In this document: one piece after another, positions 29,408-39,557 of the stretch | Layout: every line of letters begins with the position of its first letter | Numbering within the stretch: the stretch's first letter is position 1 | From: an uncultured Acidobacteriota bacterium | Lineage (GTDB): Bacteria > Acidobacteriota > JAQAZP01 | DNA: 64,000 nucleotides | Assembly (NCBI GenBank): GCA_963836075.1 | Contig: CAWIIB010000009.1 | Location: 1,568,001-1,632,000, forward strand | Direction of reading: 5' to 3' | The notes under the pieces: model-generated | Told to the model about the DNA's origin: nothing | Databases searched by the model: none | What the model saw: only the letters and a program-made list of their open reading frames with translations | Program-made: the position numbers and the translations under genes

Positions 29408-30712
29408 TCAACCCACCGCGTCGAGGATCTGCTGCTGCAGGGCGATGTTGTCCCGGTGGCCGGAGAAGCGGGCGGTGACCTTGCCCCGCACCGGGAAGCC
29501 GAGGAGGTAGAAGTCGCCGATGATGTCGAGGATCTTGTGCCGCACGAACTCGTCGGGGAAGCGGAGCTCGGTGTTGATCACGTTGTCTTCGCCGACGAGG
29601 ATGAAGTTGTCCAGCCGGCCGCCGGAGCCCAGGCCCAGTTCGTTCATCATCTTCAGGTCGCGCATGAAACCGAAGGTGCGGGCCGGCGCGATCTGTTCGC
29701 GGTAGGCTTCGGCGTTCTCCATCCGAAACTCGCAGAACTGGTCGCCCACCGGCGGCGGGTAGCTCAGCTGGTAGGAGACGGAGAAACCGTCATCCGGCTC
29801 GATGGCCAGCATCTTCTTCCCGTCGTCCTCGCCCACCTGGTAGCGTTTGTCGATAACCAGTTCCATCCGGGGGATACCCTGGTCCTCGATGCCCACCTTT
29901 TCCAGCTCGTGGCAGAACTCCAGGGCCGAGCCGTCGAGCACCGGGATCTCGCCGTGGACCTTGATCAGCAGGTTGGTGATTCCGCAGGCGTGGAGCGCCG
30001 AGAGCAGGTGCTCCACGGTGCGGATGCCCTCGCCGTGGCCGGTGAGGGTCGTGGCATATTCGGTGTTGCCGGCGGCGGAGATGTGGGCCGGGATCACCGT
30101 CCCGCCGGGCAGGGTGATGAAGTGGATGCCGCTGTCCGGGGGCAGCGGCTGGATCACCATGCCGGTGCGGCTGCCCGAGTGGAGGCCAAGGCCGTAGATC
30201 GCCTTGCTGGTGCTGATGGTCCGCTGCGGAACGTCGGTCTGTTGCAGCAGGGGGAGTCGCGGCGGCGGGCTCACCCGCACCTCGTCGTCGGTGCGGGCCT
30301 TGGCCAGTTCCAGCACCGGGTTCGACCGCAGGCTGGCCCGGTCCGGTTTGTCCCGCAGCGCGCCCACCACCGCGTCCATCACCTGGTCGTAGGAGAGCGG
30401 TTTCTCCAGGTAGTCGCAGGCGCCCATCTTGATTGCCCGCACCGCGGTGGGGGTGGTGCCGTGGCCCGACATCATGATCACCGCCGCCCCGGCGTCCAGT
30501 TCCAGCAGGGCGCGCAGGGTTTCCAGCCCGTCCCGGTCGGGGAGCCAGATGTCGAGGAAGACCACGTCGGGCAGGTGCTGCTGGTAGAGGGTCAGCGCCT
30601 CCTCGCCGCGGCCGGTGGTCACCGTACGGTATCCCTCGTCCTTGAGAATGTTGGACAGCGAAACAAGGATTCCCGGCTCGTCGTCCACGATGAGAACCAG
30701 TTTCTTTTTCAT
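29408..30712 (-). CDS. lpxC: Response-regulator receiver domain fused to UDP-3-O-acyl-GlcNAc deacetylase
   Basis: REC: LIVDDE, FLDIWLP, MMSGHG, YLEKP. LpxC: QRTI...GLGLHSG, TVEHLLSAL, EIPVLDGSA, IAPARTFGF, LRFPDEFVRHKILDIIGD, SGH. One uninterrupted frame. Confidence 0.93.
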   Translation of the reverse strand: MKKKLVLIVDDEPGILVSLSNILKDEGYRTVTTGRGEEALTLYQQHLPDVVFLDIWLPDRDGLETLRALLELDAGAAVIMMSGHGTTPTAVRAIKMGACDYLEKPLSYDQVMDAVVGALRDKPDRASLRSNPVLELAKARTDDEVRVSPPPRLPLLQQTDVPQRTISTSKAIYGLGLHSGSRTGMVIQPLPPDSGIHFITLPGGTVIPAHISAAGNTEYATTLTGHGEGIRTVEHLLSALHACGITNLLIKVHGEIPVLDGSALEFCHELEKVGIEDQGIPRMELVIDKRYQVGEDDGKKMLAIEPDDGFSVSYQLSYPPPVGDQFCEFRMENAEAYREQIAPARTFGFMRDLKMMNELGLGSGGRLDNFILVGEDNVINTELRFPDEFVRHKILDIIGDFYLLGFPVRGKVTARFSGHRDNIALQQQILDAVG

Positions 30713-30880
30713 GAACACAGTTTGCTACTTTGGGCCGCGCCGGTCAAGGGGGCTGCTGTCGGGGCCTGGTTTCCGCCACACCCGCCGTCCGTTGTATGAT
30801 GAGCCGTGTCAGCGGATCCCAGTCCGGCCTTCCGGAAACCAACCGTTCCCGGCCGGCCCAACCCCAGCGGAGAGCCTCCA

Positions 30881-33055
30881 ATGCGCAAGCCAACGTCACT
30901 TCTCCTCCTTGTCCTGTCGGGTATTCTCGCGATCCCCGTCCCCGCGGTTTTCGCCGGTGACCGGCCGGCCTATCCGGAAACCGACCGGGTGGACCAGGTG
31001 GAGATCTACCACGGCACCGAGGTGGCCGATCCCTACCGCTGGCTGGAGGACGACGTGCGCACCAGCGATGCCGTGGCCGGGTGGGTGGAAGCGCAGAACA
31101 GGCTCACCTTCTCCTGGCTGGAGGCGATCCCCCAGCGGCCGGCCATCCGCTCCCGGCTCACCGAACTGTGGAACTACGAGCGGTTCGGTCTGCCGGCGCG
31201 GCACGGCGGTGTCTACTACTTCGAGAAGAACGACGGCCTGCAGAACCAGGACGTACTCTATGCCGTGGACAGACTCGACGGGAAGCCGCGGGTGCTCATC
31301 GACCCCAATGCCTGGTCCGGCGACGGCACGGTCACCCTGGGCAGCACCTCCTTCTCCGACGACGGCCGCTACATGGCCTGGTCGGTGGCCGAGGCCGGTT
31401 CGGACTGGAACCGCTGGCGCATCCGCGATCTGCGGACCGGCAAGGACCTGCCCGAGGAACTGACCTGGATCAAGTGGTCCGCGGTTTCCTGGACCCTGGA
31501 CGGTCTGGGCTTTTTCTACAGCCGCTTCGACGAGCCGGCCGAGGGGGCAACCTTCCAGCAGTCAAACCTCAATCAGAAGATCTTCTACCACCGGCTGGGC
31601 ACGTCCCAGGCCGACGACACTCTGGTCTACCAGCGGCCCGACCAGCCGCAGTGGACCTTCTGGGCCACGGTGACCGAGGACGGCCGCTACCTGGTGATCA
31701 CTGTCTGGGAGGCTGGGGAGAAGAACCTGGTCTTTGTCCGGGACCTGGCCCGGCCCTACGCCATGCCGCAACCGTTGATCGGCGGCTGGGACGCCAGCTA
31801 CGGCTTTCTGGGCAACGATGGCCCTCTGCTCTACTTCCGCACCGACCTGGACGCGCCGCGGGGCCGGGTGGTGGCGGTGGACTTGCGGCACCCCGAGCGC
31901 AGCGCCTGGAAAACGCTGATTCCCCAGACCGAGGACACGCTCCAGCGGGTGGGTCTGGTGGGCAACTTATTCTTTGCCCGCTACCTGCGCCACGCGTCGA
32001 GCCGGGTGCGGCTCTTCAGCACCGCCGGCGAGCACGTGCGTGACGTGGAGCTGCCCGGCCTGGGGTCGGTTGGCGGGTTTTTCGGCCGGCGGAGTGATAC
32101 CGAAACCTTCTACCGCTTCTCCAGCTTCAATATGCCGCCGACCATTTACCGTTACGACCTGGCCAGCGGCAAGAGCGCGCTGTTCCGCCGGGCCCAGACC
32201 TCCTTTGACCCCGCTCAGTTCGAAGTGAGCCAGGTGTTCTACGCCTCCAAGGACGGCACCAGGGTGCCGATGTTCCTGGCCCACAGGAAGGGGCTGAAGA
32301 AGGACGGGTCGAACCCCGTGCTGCTATACGGCTACGGCGGTTTCAACGCATCCATGACTCCGTCGTTCTCGGCCGCGAAAATCGCCTGGATGGAGATGGG
32401 CGGCATTTTCGCCCTGGCCAACATCCGCGGCGGCGGCGAGTATGGCCGGGAGTGGCACGAGGGGGCCACCAAGCTGAAGCGGCAGAACGCCTTCGACGAT
32501 TTCATCGCCGCTGCGGAGTGGCTGATCGATGAGCGCTACACCCGTACGGAAAAACTGGCGGTGATGGGCGGCAGCAACGGGGGGCTGCTGGTGGGGGCGG
32601 TGATGACCCAGCGGCCGGACCTCTTCGGCGCCTGCCTGCCCGAGGTGGGGGTGATGGACATGCTCCGTTTCCACAAGTTCACCGCCGGGCGCTACTGGAC
32701 CGACGATTTCGGGTCGTCAGACGACCCGGAGCAGTTCAAGGCGCTGCTGGCCTACTCCCCCTATCACAACATCAAGGACGGCACCGCCTACCCGCCCACC
32801 CTGGTCACCACCGCCGACACCGACGACCGGGTGGTGCCGGGGCACTCGTTCAAATTCACCGCCGCCATGCAGCGGGCCCAGGACGGCCCGGCGCCGGTGC
32901 TGATCCGCATCGAGACCCGGGCCGGCCACGGCGGGGGCAAGCCCACGGACAAGGCCATCGAGGAGGTGACCGACCAGTGGTCCTTCCTCGCGGCCATCCT
33001 GGGGATGGAGGTGCCGCCGGCCTGGGGCAAACATGTCATCCGCGTCCAGGAGTAG
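30881..33055 (+). CDS. Prolyl oligopeptidase (S9A), secreted
   Basis: Signal peptide, DPYRWLE, YGYGGF, GGSNGG, DDRV, AGHG. Confidence 0.95.
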   Translation: MRKPTSLLLLVLSGILAIPVPAVFAGDRPAYPETDRVDQVEIYHGTEVADPYRWLEDDVRTSDAVAGWVEAQNRLTFSWLEAIPQRPAIRSRLTELWNYERFGLPARHGGVYYFEKNDGLQNQDVLYAVDRLDGKPRVLIDPNAWSGDGTVTLGSTSFSDDGRYMAWSVAEAGSDWNRWRIRDLRTGKDLPEELTWIKWSAVSWTLDGLGFFYSRFDEPAEGATFQQSNLNQKIFYHRLGTSQADDTLVYQRPDQPQWTFWATVTEDGRYLVITVWEAGEKNLVFVRDLARPYAMPQPLIGGWDASYGFLGNDGPLLYFRTDLDAPRGRVVAVDLRHPERSAWKTLIPQTEDTLQRVGLVGNLFFARYLRHASSRVRLFSTAGEHVRDVELPGLGSVGGFFGRRSDTETFYRFSSFNMPPTIYRYDLASGKSALFRRAQTSFDPAQFEVSQVFYASKDGTRVPMFLAHRKGLKKDGSNPVLLYGYGGFNASMTPSFSAAKIAWMEMGGIFALANIRGGGEYGREWHEGATKLKRQNAFDDFIAAAEWLIDERYTRTEKLAVMGGSNGGLLVGAVMTQRPDLFGACLPEVGVMDMLRFHKFTAGRYWTDDFGSSDDPEQFKALLAYSPYHNIKDGTAYPPTLVTTADTDDRVVPGHSFKFTAAMQRAQDGPAPVLIRIETRAGHGGGKPTDKAIEEVTDQWSFLAAILGMEVPPAWGKHVIRVQE

Positions 33056-33061
33056 AGGTCG

Positions 33062-33985
33062 ATGGCGAGGCGGGCAGCACCACTGCTGGTGATTCTGGCC
33101 GCGGGCCGCGGCAGTCGCTTCGGGGGCCTGAAGCAGCTGGAACCGGTGGGCCCCGCGGGCGAGGCCATCCTGGACTACACGGTGTACGATGCCCTGCGGG
33201 CCGGGTTCGGCGGGGCAGTCCTGGTGGTGAGCGAGGAAGCGGAGGATCGCCTGCGGGCAGCCGCCGGCGAGCGGTTCGGGCGGCACCTGCCGGTGGATTT
33301 CGTCCGCCAGGGGCTCGACGACCTGCCTGGGGGTTGTACGCTGTCCCCCGGCAGGGTCAAGCCCTGGGGCACCGGCCAGGCGGTGCTGGCGTCCCGGGAA
33401 CTGGTGGACCGGCCCTTCGCGGTGGTCAATGCCGACGACTTTTACGGCGCGGGAGCCCTGGAATCGCTGGGCCGATTTCTCGCCGGCCCCCTGCCTGCCG
33501 GGCCGCCGGTCTACGCCATGGTGGGCTACGCCCTGGGATCCACGCTGCCCGACGGCGGAGGCAGCGTCTCCCGGGCACTGTGCCGCTGCGCTGACAACGG
33601 CCTGCTGGAGGAGATCGAGGAGATTCCTGCAATTGCCAGGTCGGGTGACGGCGGGGTGTACCAAGACGCCGGGGGACGCCGGTGCCTGGTGGGTGGAGAA
33701 GAGCTGGTGTCGATGAACATCTGGGGTTTCACCCCCGAGGTCTTCCCCCAGTTGAACGGAGCGTTCGCCCGTTTTCTGGAGACCAGCGGAGACTCCGCCG
33801 GGGACGAGTTCTATCTCTCCAACGAGGTCAGCGGACTGATCGCCGAAGGTGCGGCACGGGTGAAAATCCTCGGGGGCGCCGGCCGCTGGTGCGGGATCAC
33901 CAATCCTGAGGACCGGGACCGGGTGGCCGGGATCCTGGGCCGCCTGACCGATCAGGGGGCGTACCCCCGGGAGCTCTGGAGATGA
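33062..33985 (+). CDS. Sugar-1-phosphate nucleotidyltransferase
   Basis: LAAGRGSRFGGLKQ, KPWGTGQA, NADDFYG, VSMNIWGF. Confidence 0.88.
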   Translation: MARRAAPLLVILAAGRGSRFGGLKQLEPVGPAGEAILDYTVYDALRAGFGGAVLVVSEEAEDRLRAAAGERFGRHLPVDFVRQGLDDLPGGCTLSPGRVKPWGTGQAVLASRELVDRPFAVVNADDFYGAGALESLGRFLAGPLPAGPPVYAMVGYALGSTLPDGGGSVSRALCRCADNGLLEEIEEIPAIARSGDGGVYQDAGGRRCLVGGEELVSMNIWGFTPEVFPQLNGAFARFLETSGDSAGDEFYLSNEVSGLIAEGAARVKILGGAGRWCGITNPEDRDRVAGILGRLTDQGAYPRELWR

Positions 33986-35085
33986 ACATGGAGTCGGATG
34001 TCCGGGAGATCGCCGCCCGCTTCGCCCTGCAAGGCGAGATCGAAACCGTGGAGCCGCATGCCGGCGGGCACATCAACGACTCTTTCCGGCTCACCGTGCG
34101 CCGCCCGGACGGAACGTCGCGCTACCTGCTGCAGCGGCTCAACAGCAGCGTTTTTGCCGACCAGGCACTGGTGATGGACAATATCCGCCGGGTCACCACC
34201 CACCTGGCCCGGTCTCTGGAAGCGGAAGAAGCGGCCGATGCCGGCCGTCGTGTGCTGTCCCTGGTCCAGGCACGGGACGGGGCGCCGTTCATCCGCGATG
34301 GAGAGGGGGATTGCTGGCGGCTTTACTCCTTTATCCCGGGAACCCGTACCATCCTTGCGGTCACCATGCCGGCCGAGGCGGAAGCAGGGGGCCGGGCCTT
34401 CGGCGAGTTCCAGCGGCGTTTGGCCGATCTGCCCGGGCCGCGGCTGGGGGAGACCATCGCCGGCTTCCACGACACCCCCCGGCGATTCGCCGACCTCCAG
34501 CGGGCCGTGGAAGCTGATCTCTGTGGCCGTGCCGGGGAAACCCGGGCGGAGCTCGACTATGCCATGGGGCAGCGTGCCGCGGCACCGGTACTGCTGGAGG
34601 CGCTGCGGACGGACCTCCTCCCCGAGCGCGCGGTACACAACGACGCCAAGATCAGCAACGTGCTCCTCGACCGCTGGAGCGGTGCGGGGATCTGCGTGGT
34701 GGACCTGGACACGGTGATGCCCGGGACGGCGCTGTTTGATTTCGGTGACATGGTGCGCACCATGACCAGCTACGCGGCTGAAGACGAGGCCGATCCGGCC
34801 GGGGGTGGGGTGGACCTCGAACTGTTCGAGTCGCTCGCCGGCGGGTACCTGGCGGAAATGGGCCCGTTGCTGACGACTGAAGAACGGGCGCTGCTGGTCA
34901 CTTCCGGCCGGCTGATCACGCTGGAGATCGGTATCCGCTTCCTCACCGACTACCTCTGTGGCGACACCTACTTCCGCACAAACCGGCCGGACCACAACCT
35001 GCTGCGCTGCCGGGCCCAGTTCGCCCACCACCGCTCGCTGGTCCGCGCCGCCCCGGAGTTGGAGCGCATCGTCAGCCGCTGTTGA
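33982..35085 (+). CDS. APH-fold sugar kinase (N-acetylhexosamine 1-kinase, NahK-like)
   Basis: GHIND, LQRLN, HNDAKISN, DLDTVMPG, DFGDMVR, RFLTDYL. ATGA overlap with the nucleotidyltransferase. Confidence 0.85.
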   Translation: MNMESDVREIAARFALQGEIETVEPHAGGHINDSFRLTVRRPDGTSRYLLQRLNSSVFADQALVMDNIRRVTTHLARSLEAEEAADAGRRVLSLVQARDGAPFIRDGEGDCWRLYSFIPGTRTILAVTMPAEAEAGGRAFGEFQRRLADLPGPRLGETIAGFHDTPRRFADLQRAVEADLCGRAGETRAELDYAMGQRAAAPVLLEALRTDLLPERAVHNDAKISNVLLDRWSGAGICVVDLDTVMPGTALFDFGDMVRTMTSYAAEDEADPAGGGVDLELFESLAGGYLAEMGPLLTTEERALLVTSGRLITLEIGIRFLTDYLCGDTYFRTNRPDHNLLRCRAQFAHHRSLVRAAPELERIVSRC

Positions 35086-35091
35086 TCCCCT

Positions 35092-35115
35092 TGTCATTGC
35101 GAAGCGAAGCAATCT
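35092..35115. repeat. Truncated REP/RPE-like palindromic element
   Basis: TGTCATTGCG-AAG-CGAAGCAATCT just after a stop codon resembles the widespread GTCATTGCGAG...GAAGCAATC repeat family. Single copy here. Confidence 0.5.
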
Positions 35116-35237
35116 CCCTGCTGCAACAAAATGGGGTCACCAAAAGTTGCATATTGCCGCGTTCAGCACATACTGTATGTAGTACAGAGGGAATACAAAT
35201 TTTCCAATTGACCGGAAAGATAGAAGGAGGGGCGGTC

Positions 35238-35441
35238 ATGGCCGGGAAATCGGTGCGGGAAGAGCGGGTATTCGAGTGCCAGGACGAGGGGCGCACGGCA
35301 AAACTGCTCATCGAGTGGCAGGAAAAAGACGGCAAACGGGTGCTCCGGAGCGTGAGCTGCGATCACCCGCGGCTCAGTGACATCGACAACTGGGATTGTC
35401 ACTGGACCTGCTGGGAGGCCGTGCAGAAGAGTGGCGAGTGA
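35238..35441 (+). CDS. 67-aa protein with four Cys (possible metal binding)
   Basis: AAGGAGG RBS. MAGKSVREERVFECQDEG...SCDHPRL...DCHWTCWEAV. Confidence 0.75.
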   Translation: MAGKSVREERVFECQDEGRTAKLLIEWQEKDGKRVLRSVSCDHPRLSDIDNWDCHWTCWEAVQKSGE

Positions 35442-35465
35442 CAGACCTGACCCCCATATTGTGCA

Positions 35466-37775
35466 CTAGTGGCTGAAGGCCGAAGCGGGGACCGGTTGCC
35501 GGCGGATGCCCGGACCCGCGTAGTCCAGCTGCAGGTCCTGGAAGCCCCGCCCCTGAAAATACTCGATGCGGATGGGGTGCCGGCCGGCCCGCAGGATGAT
35601 CTGGCCCCGCACCTCCGCCGTGCCGTGACGACCGTCGTTGTCCACCACCTCCAGATCCCCGATGAACAGGCGGCTGCCGTCGTCCGAGGTGAGGAAGAAG
35701 GTGTAGGTGCCGTCCTCGGGCACGCCGAGAAAACCGTCGAAGATCAGGGCGTAGTGCTGGTCCCGCGGCCGGATGTCGAGGCCCAGGTCGTCGGTTGTGC
35801 CGTTGGCTGTCGGCTGCTCTCCGGACAGGCTGTCCAACTCCTCGCGCTCACCGGTGTAACTGCTGAAGGTCAACCCCTCCTCGGCCTCTGCCGGCTCGAC
35901 CGCTTCCAGCGGCTGCTGGCGGGTGAAGCGGAACTGCGTAGCGGCGCCGGCGGTTCCATCGTCGGTGAAGGTGCGGGCGTTGACCACGGTGGTTTGGGTG
36001 AGCCGCAGCGGCGTGCTGTAGACCGGCGCTTCCAGTCCCGGGTCGCTGCCGTCCAGCGTGTAGCGCACATGCCCCTTCTCCAGCGGGCTGTCCAGCGCCA
36101 CTTGCAGCTCGTCGGTGAACACGGTTACCGCAGTGAGCGAACGGGGCGGGGGGATAAAGTAGTCGACACCCATGGCGTCCAGACGGGTGAAGTGGGTTTT
36201 CAGGCGGCGGGAGAAATCGTCCCAGTCCCGGCGGTGGGCCGGGGACCAGGTCACCTCGGCCAGGGCGGCCAGCCGCGGAAAGAGCATCTGTTCCACCCGT
36301 TCCTGGGGGATGCGCTCGGTCCAGACGTTGCCCTCGGCGCCGAGGACATGGCGTGCCTCCTCGCTGGTCAGTTCGGCCGGGGTGGGTTCGAAGCCGTAGG
36401 TCCGCCGGCAGTCGATGACCCCCATCCATCTCGGCATGCCGGGGTCGGCCAGCTGGGGGTAGTCGAAGTAGCAGTGGGTGATCGGCGAGGAGATCACGTC
36501 GTGCCCTGCCGTGGCCGCGGCCACGGCGCCCTCCATGCCGCGCCAGGACTGGACCGTGGCGTTGGGGGCCAGCCCGCCCTCCAGTATCTCGTCCCAGCCG
36601 ATGAGCCGGCGGCCCTTGCTGTTGAGAAAGGCCTCGATACGCCGGATGAACCAGCTCTGCAGCTGGTCCTCGTCGGCCAGGCCCTCGGCTTTGATCCGCG
36701 CCTGGCACTTGGGGCAGTGGCGCCAGCGCTCCTTGGGGCACTCGTCCCCGCCGATGTGGATGTACTCCGAGGGGAAGAGCTCCAGGCACTCGCCCAGCAC
36801 ATCCTCGAGAAAGCGGAACACCTCGTCGTTGCCGGCGCAGTAGACGTCCTCGTAAACGCCCCAGCGGGTGCCTACCTCGAAGGGACCGCCGGTGCAGGAG
36901 AGCTCGGGGTAGGCGGCCAGGGCGGCCAGGGCATGGCCGGGCATCTCGATCTCCGGCACCACGGTGACGTGACGGCTGCGGGCATACTCCACGATGTCCC
37001 GGATCTGCTCCCGGGTGTAGAAACCGCCGTAGCGCTCTTCGCCCTTCCCGCGCCAGGCGCCCACCGCGGTGAGCCGGGGATACTTCTCGATCTCGATGCG
37101 CCAGCCCTGGTCCTCGGTGAGGTGCCAGTGCAGCACGTTCATCTTGTGGTAGGCCAGCAGGTCGATGCAGCGCTTGACGAACTCCGGCTCCATGAAGTGG
37201 CGGCAGCAGTCGAGCAGCATGCCCCGCCAGCGGTAGCGCGGCTGATCGACGATGCGCAGGCAGGGCAGGCGCTGGCCCATCCGCACCACCAGCGAGTCCT
37301 CTCCATCAGCGGCCTCGGCCTCCAGTGGGCCCTCGGCCGGCAACAGCTGCCGGATGGTCTGCACGCCATGGAACAGGCCGTGGGCGGTGAGGGCGCGGAG
37401 GCGCACTCCCCGGGGGGTGATCTCCAGTTCGTACCCCTCCTCGCCCAGGGTGGCCGCTGCGCCGTTGGTGGTGAGCAGGATGGCGCCGTGTGTCATGTCG
37501 GGGCCCCGGGCTTCGACGATGAAGGGCCGGGGGAGGCCGTGCTCCTCCAGGCGTCCGGCGAGATAGAGAGCCGTTTCGCGCACCCCGCGGTGGCCCGGCT
37601 CCACCAGCAGGGTGGTGCCCACGGTGACGGAGAAGGACCCGGCAGCGCTCTCCACCAGGACCGGGGCGGGGACCACCGTGGGATCGGCCGGTCCCCCGGC
37701 CGAGGCGGAGACAGTGGCCAGCAGCTGGACAGTGACGATGGCGACGATAAGAAACCGGGTGATCCGTCTGTTCAT
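35466..37775 (-). CDS. Beta-N-acetylhexosaminidase GH20 with Fn3-associated and PA14 domains
   Basis: RGMLLD, HWHLTEDQGWR, EIEMPGH, HIGGDE, YTLDGSDP, SDDGSRL...NDGRHG. Confidence 0.95.
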   Translation of the reverse strand: MNRRITRFLIVAIVTVQLLATVSASAGGPADPTVVPAPVLVESAAGSFSVTVGTTLLVEPGHRGVRETALYLAGRLEEHGLPRPFIVEARGPDMTHGAILLTTNGAAATLGEEGYELEITPRGVRLRALTAHGLFHGVQTIRQLLPAEGPLEAEAADGEDSLVVRMGQRLPCLRIVDQPRYRWRGMLLDCCRHFMEPEFVKRCIDLLAYHKMNVLHWHLTEDQGWRIEIEKYPRLTAVGAWRGKGEERYGGFYTREQIRDIVEYARSRHVTVVPEIEMPGHALAALAAYPELSCTGGPFEVGTRWGVYEDVYCAGNDEVFRFLEDVLGECLELFPSEYIHIGGDECPKERWRHCPKCQARIKAEGLADEDQLQSWFIRRIEAFLNSKGRRLIGWDEILEGGLAPNATVQSWRGMEGAVAAATAGHDVISSPITHCYFDYPQLADPGMPRWMGVIDCRRTYGFEPTPAELTSEEARHVLGAEGNVWTERIPQERVEQMLFPRLAALAEVTWSPAHRRDWDDFSRRLKTHFTRLDAMGVDYFIPPPRSLTAVTVFTDELQVALDSPLEKGHVRYTLDGSDPGLEAPVYSTPLRLTQTTVVNARTFTDDGTAGAATQFRFTRQQPLEAVEPAEAEEGLTFSSYTGEREELDSLSGEQPTANGTTDDLGLDIRPRDQHYALIFDGFLGVPEDGTYTFFLTSDDGSRLFIGDLEVVDNDGRHGTAEVRGQIILRAGRHPIRIEYFQGRGFQDLQLDYAGPGIRRQPVPASAFSH

Positions 37776-37790
37776 GACACTCCTCGAAAG

Positions 37791-39557
37791 TCAGGGCTGT
37801 TCATTCCACATCGATGACAGTAGCCGCCAGAGGCCGGCGGCGCTCGTCGCGGCCAGTGCCGCGCAGCACCATCCCTGGATTGGGCGGCCGTAGAGAAAGC
37901 TCCCCGTGCCGAAGAGAGCGGCATACACCATCAGGCAACCGAGGCTCCAGCCGAGGAAGGCCTGGGGCAGGCTGTCCGGCGATCCCTCCACCCCGGCCCC
38001 GCGGCGGACTTCACGCCAGCCCGGACCGGCAGGACGCACCAGGCGGCAGAAGCGGACCAGGGTTTCCCGACCTGCCGGCCGGGTGAGGAAAGTAACCGTA
38101 ATCCAGATGATGGTGGTGACGGCCACATTGCCGACGAGGGCCAGGTGGGACGGGATGTCCGCTCCCAGTTTTTTGGCCACGAGCAGGCCCACGGCGATGA
38201 GAAAGGAAGAGCCCATGGCCGCGATCTCGCTCCAGGCATTGATCCGCCACCAGAACCAGCGCAGCAGGTAGAGCAGCCCGGTGCCCGCACCGATGGAGAG
38301 CAGCAGCTGGAAAGCCTCCCCGGCGGTGGTGAGGAGGTAGACGCCCCCGGCGGCTACCAGCATCAGCCCGGCGGTGACCAGCCGGGAGACGCGGATGTAG
38401 TGCCGCTCGGTGGCCCGGGGCTGGATGAACCGGCGGTAGAAGTCGTGCACCAGGTAGGAGGCGCCCCAGTTGAGGTGGGTGGACATGGTGGAGACGTAGG
38501 CGGCCAGCAACGAGGCCACCAGCAGGCCCAGCAGGCCGTGGGGCAGCAGGGTGAGCATGGCCGGGTAGGCGATGTCGTTGCCCAGCAGCTGGTCGTCGAT
38601 CCCGGGCAGCGCGGCCTTGATGTCCCCCAGGGTGGGGAAGACCAGCAGCGAGGCCAGGGCGACGATGATCCAGGGCCAGGGGCGCAGCGCGTAGTGGGCG
38701 ATGTTGAACCAGAGGGTGGCGGCCATGGCGTGCCGCTCGTCCCGGGCGGCCAGCATGCGCTGGGCGATGTAGCTGCCGCCGCCCGGCTCGGAGCCGGGAT
38801 ACCAGACCGACCACCACTGGACAGCCAGCGGGATCACCAGCAGGGTGACCAGCAGCTCGGTGTTGCCGAAGTCGGGGAGCAGGCTCAGTGTTGCCGGGTC
38901 GAGACGGGTGACCAACCCGTCCAGGCCGCCCACCTCCGGCTGGCGCAGTGCATAGAAGGCCGCGGCGAACACCCCGGCCATGGCGATGGCGAACTGGATG
39001 ATGTCGGTGGCCAGCACGCCCCAGAGCCCGGAGAGGGTGGAGAAGACAATGCAGATCGCCGCACAGACCAGCACGGTCTGCCAGCGCTCCCAGCCCAGCA
39101 TCACGTTGGCGATCTTCACCGCGGCCAGGGTCACCGTGGCCATGATCACGCAGTTGAAGAGCAGGCCGAGGTAGACGGCCCGGAAGCCGCGGACAAAGGC
39201 CGCCGGCCGGCCGGAGTAGCGCAGTTCGTAGAACTCGAGGTCGGTGAGCACGCCGCAGCGTCGCCACAGACGGGCAAAGAAGAAGACCGTCATCATCCCG
39301 GTGAGCAGAAAGGCCCACCAGCTCCAGTTGGCGGCCACGCCCTGGCGGCGCACCAGGTCGGTGACCAGGTTGGGAGTGTCGGTGCTGAAGGTGGTGGCCA
39401 CCATGGAGGTGCCGATGAGCCACCAGGGGGCGGCGCGGCCGGAGACAAAGAACTCGGCCGTCCCGCGGCCGGCGCGGCGGGCAAAGAAGAGCGCCGGCGA
39501 GAAGGCGGCCACGAGGCAGACGGTGATGACGATCCAGTCCAGGGCGTTCAGTTGCAT
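37791..39557 (-). CDS. Sodium:solute symporter (SSS family)
   Basis: FFVSGRAAPWW, SMVATTFSTDTP, AQRML, AAYVST, about 14 TM helices. Confidence 0.92.
   Translation of the reverse strand: MQLNALDWIVITVCLVAAFSPALFFARRAGRGTAEFFVSGRAAPWWLIGTSMVATTFSTDTPNLVTDLVRRQGVAANWSWWAFLLTGMMTVFFFARLWRRCGVLTDLEFYELRYSGRPAAFVRGFRAVYLGLLFNCVIMATVTLAAVKIANVMLGWERWQTVLVCAAICIVFSTLSGLWGVLATDIIQFAIAMAGVFAAAFYALRQPEVGGLDGLVTRLDPATLSLLPDFGNTELLVTLLVIPLAVQWWSVWYPGSEPGGGSYIAQRMLAARDERHAMAATLWFNIAHYALRPWPWIIVALASLLVFPTLGDIKAALPGIDDQLLGNDIAYPAMLTLLPHGLLGLLVASLLAAYVSTMSTHLNWGASYLVHDFYRRFIQPRATERHYIRVSRLVTAGLMLVAAGGVYLLTTAGEAFQLLLSIGAGTGLLYLLRWFWWRINAWSEIAAMGSSFLIAVGLLVAKKLGADIPSHLALVGNVAVTTIIWITVTFLTRPAGRETLVRFCRLVRPAGPGWREVRRGAGVEGSPDSLPQAFLGWSLGCLMVYAALFGTGSFLYGRPIQGWCCAALAATSAAGLWRLLSSMWNEQP

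Noticed and set aside
35173-35187. LexA SOS box (CTG...CAG)
   Set aside because: The spacer is 9 nt, not the 10 nt of the E. coli-type box, and the lineage may use a different motif.
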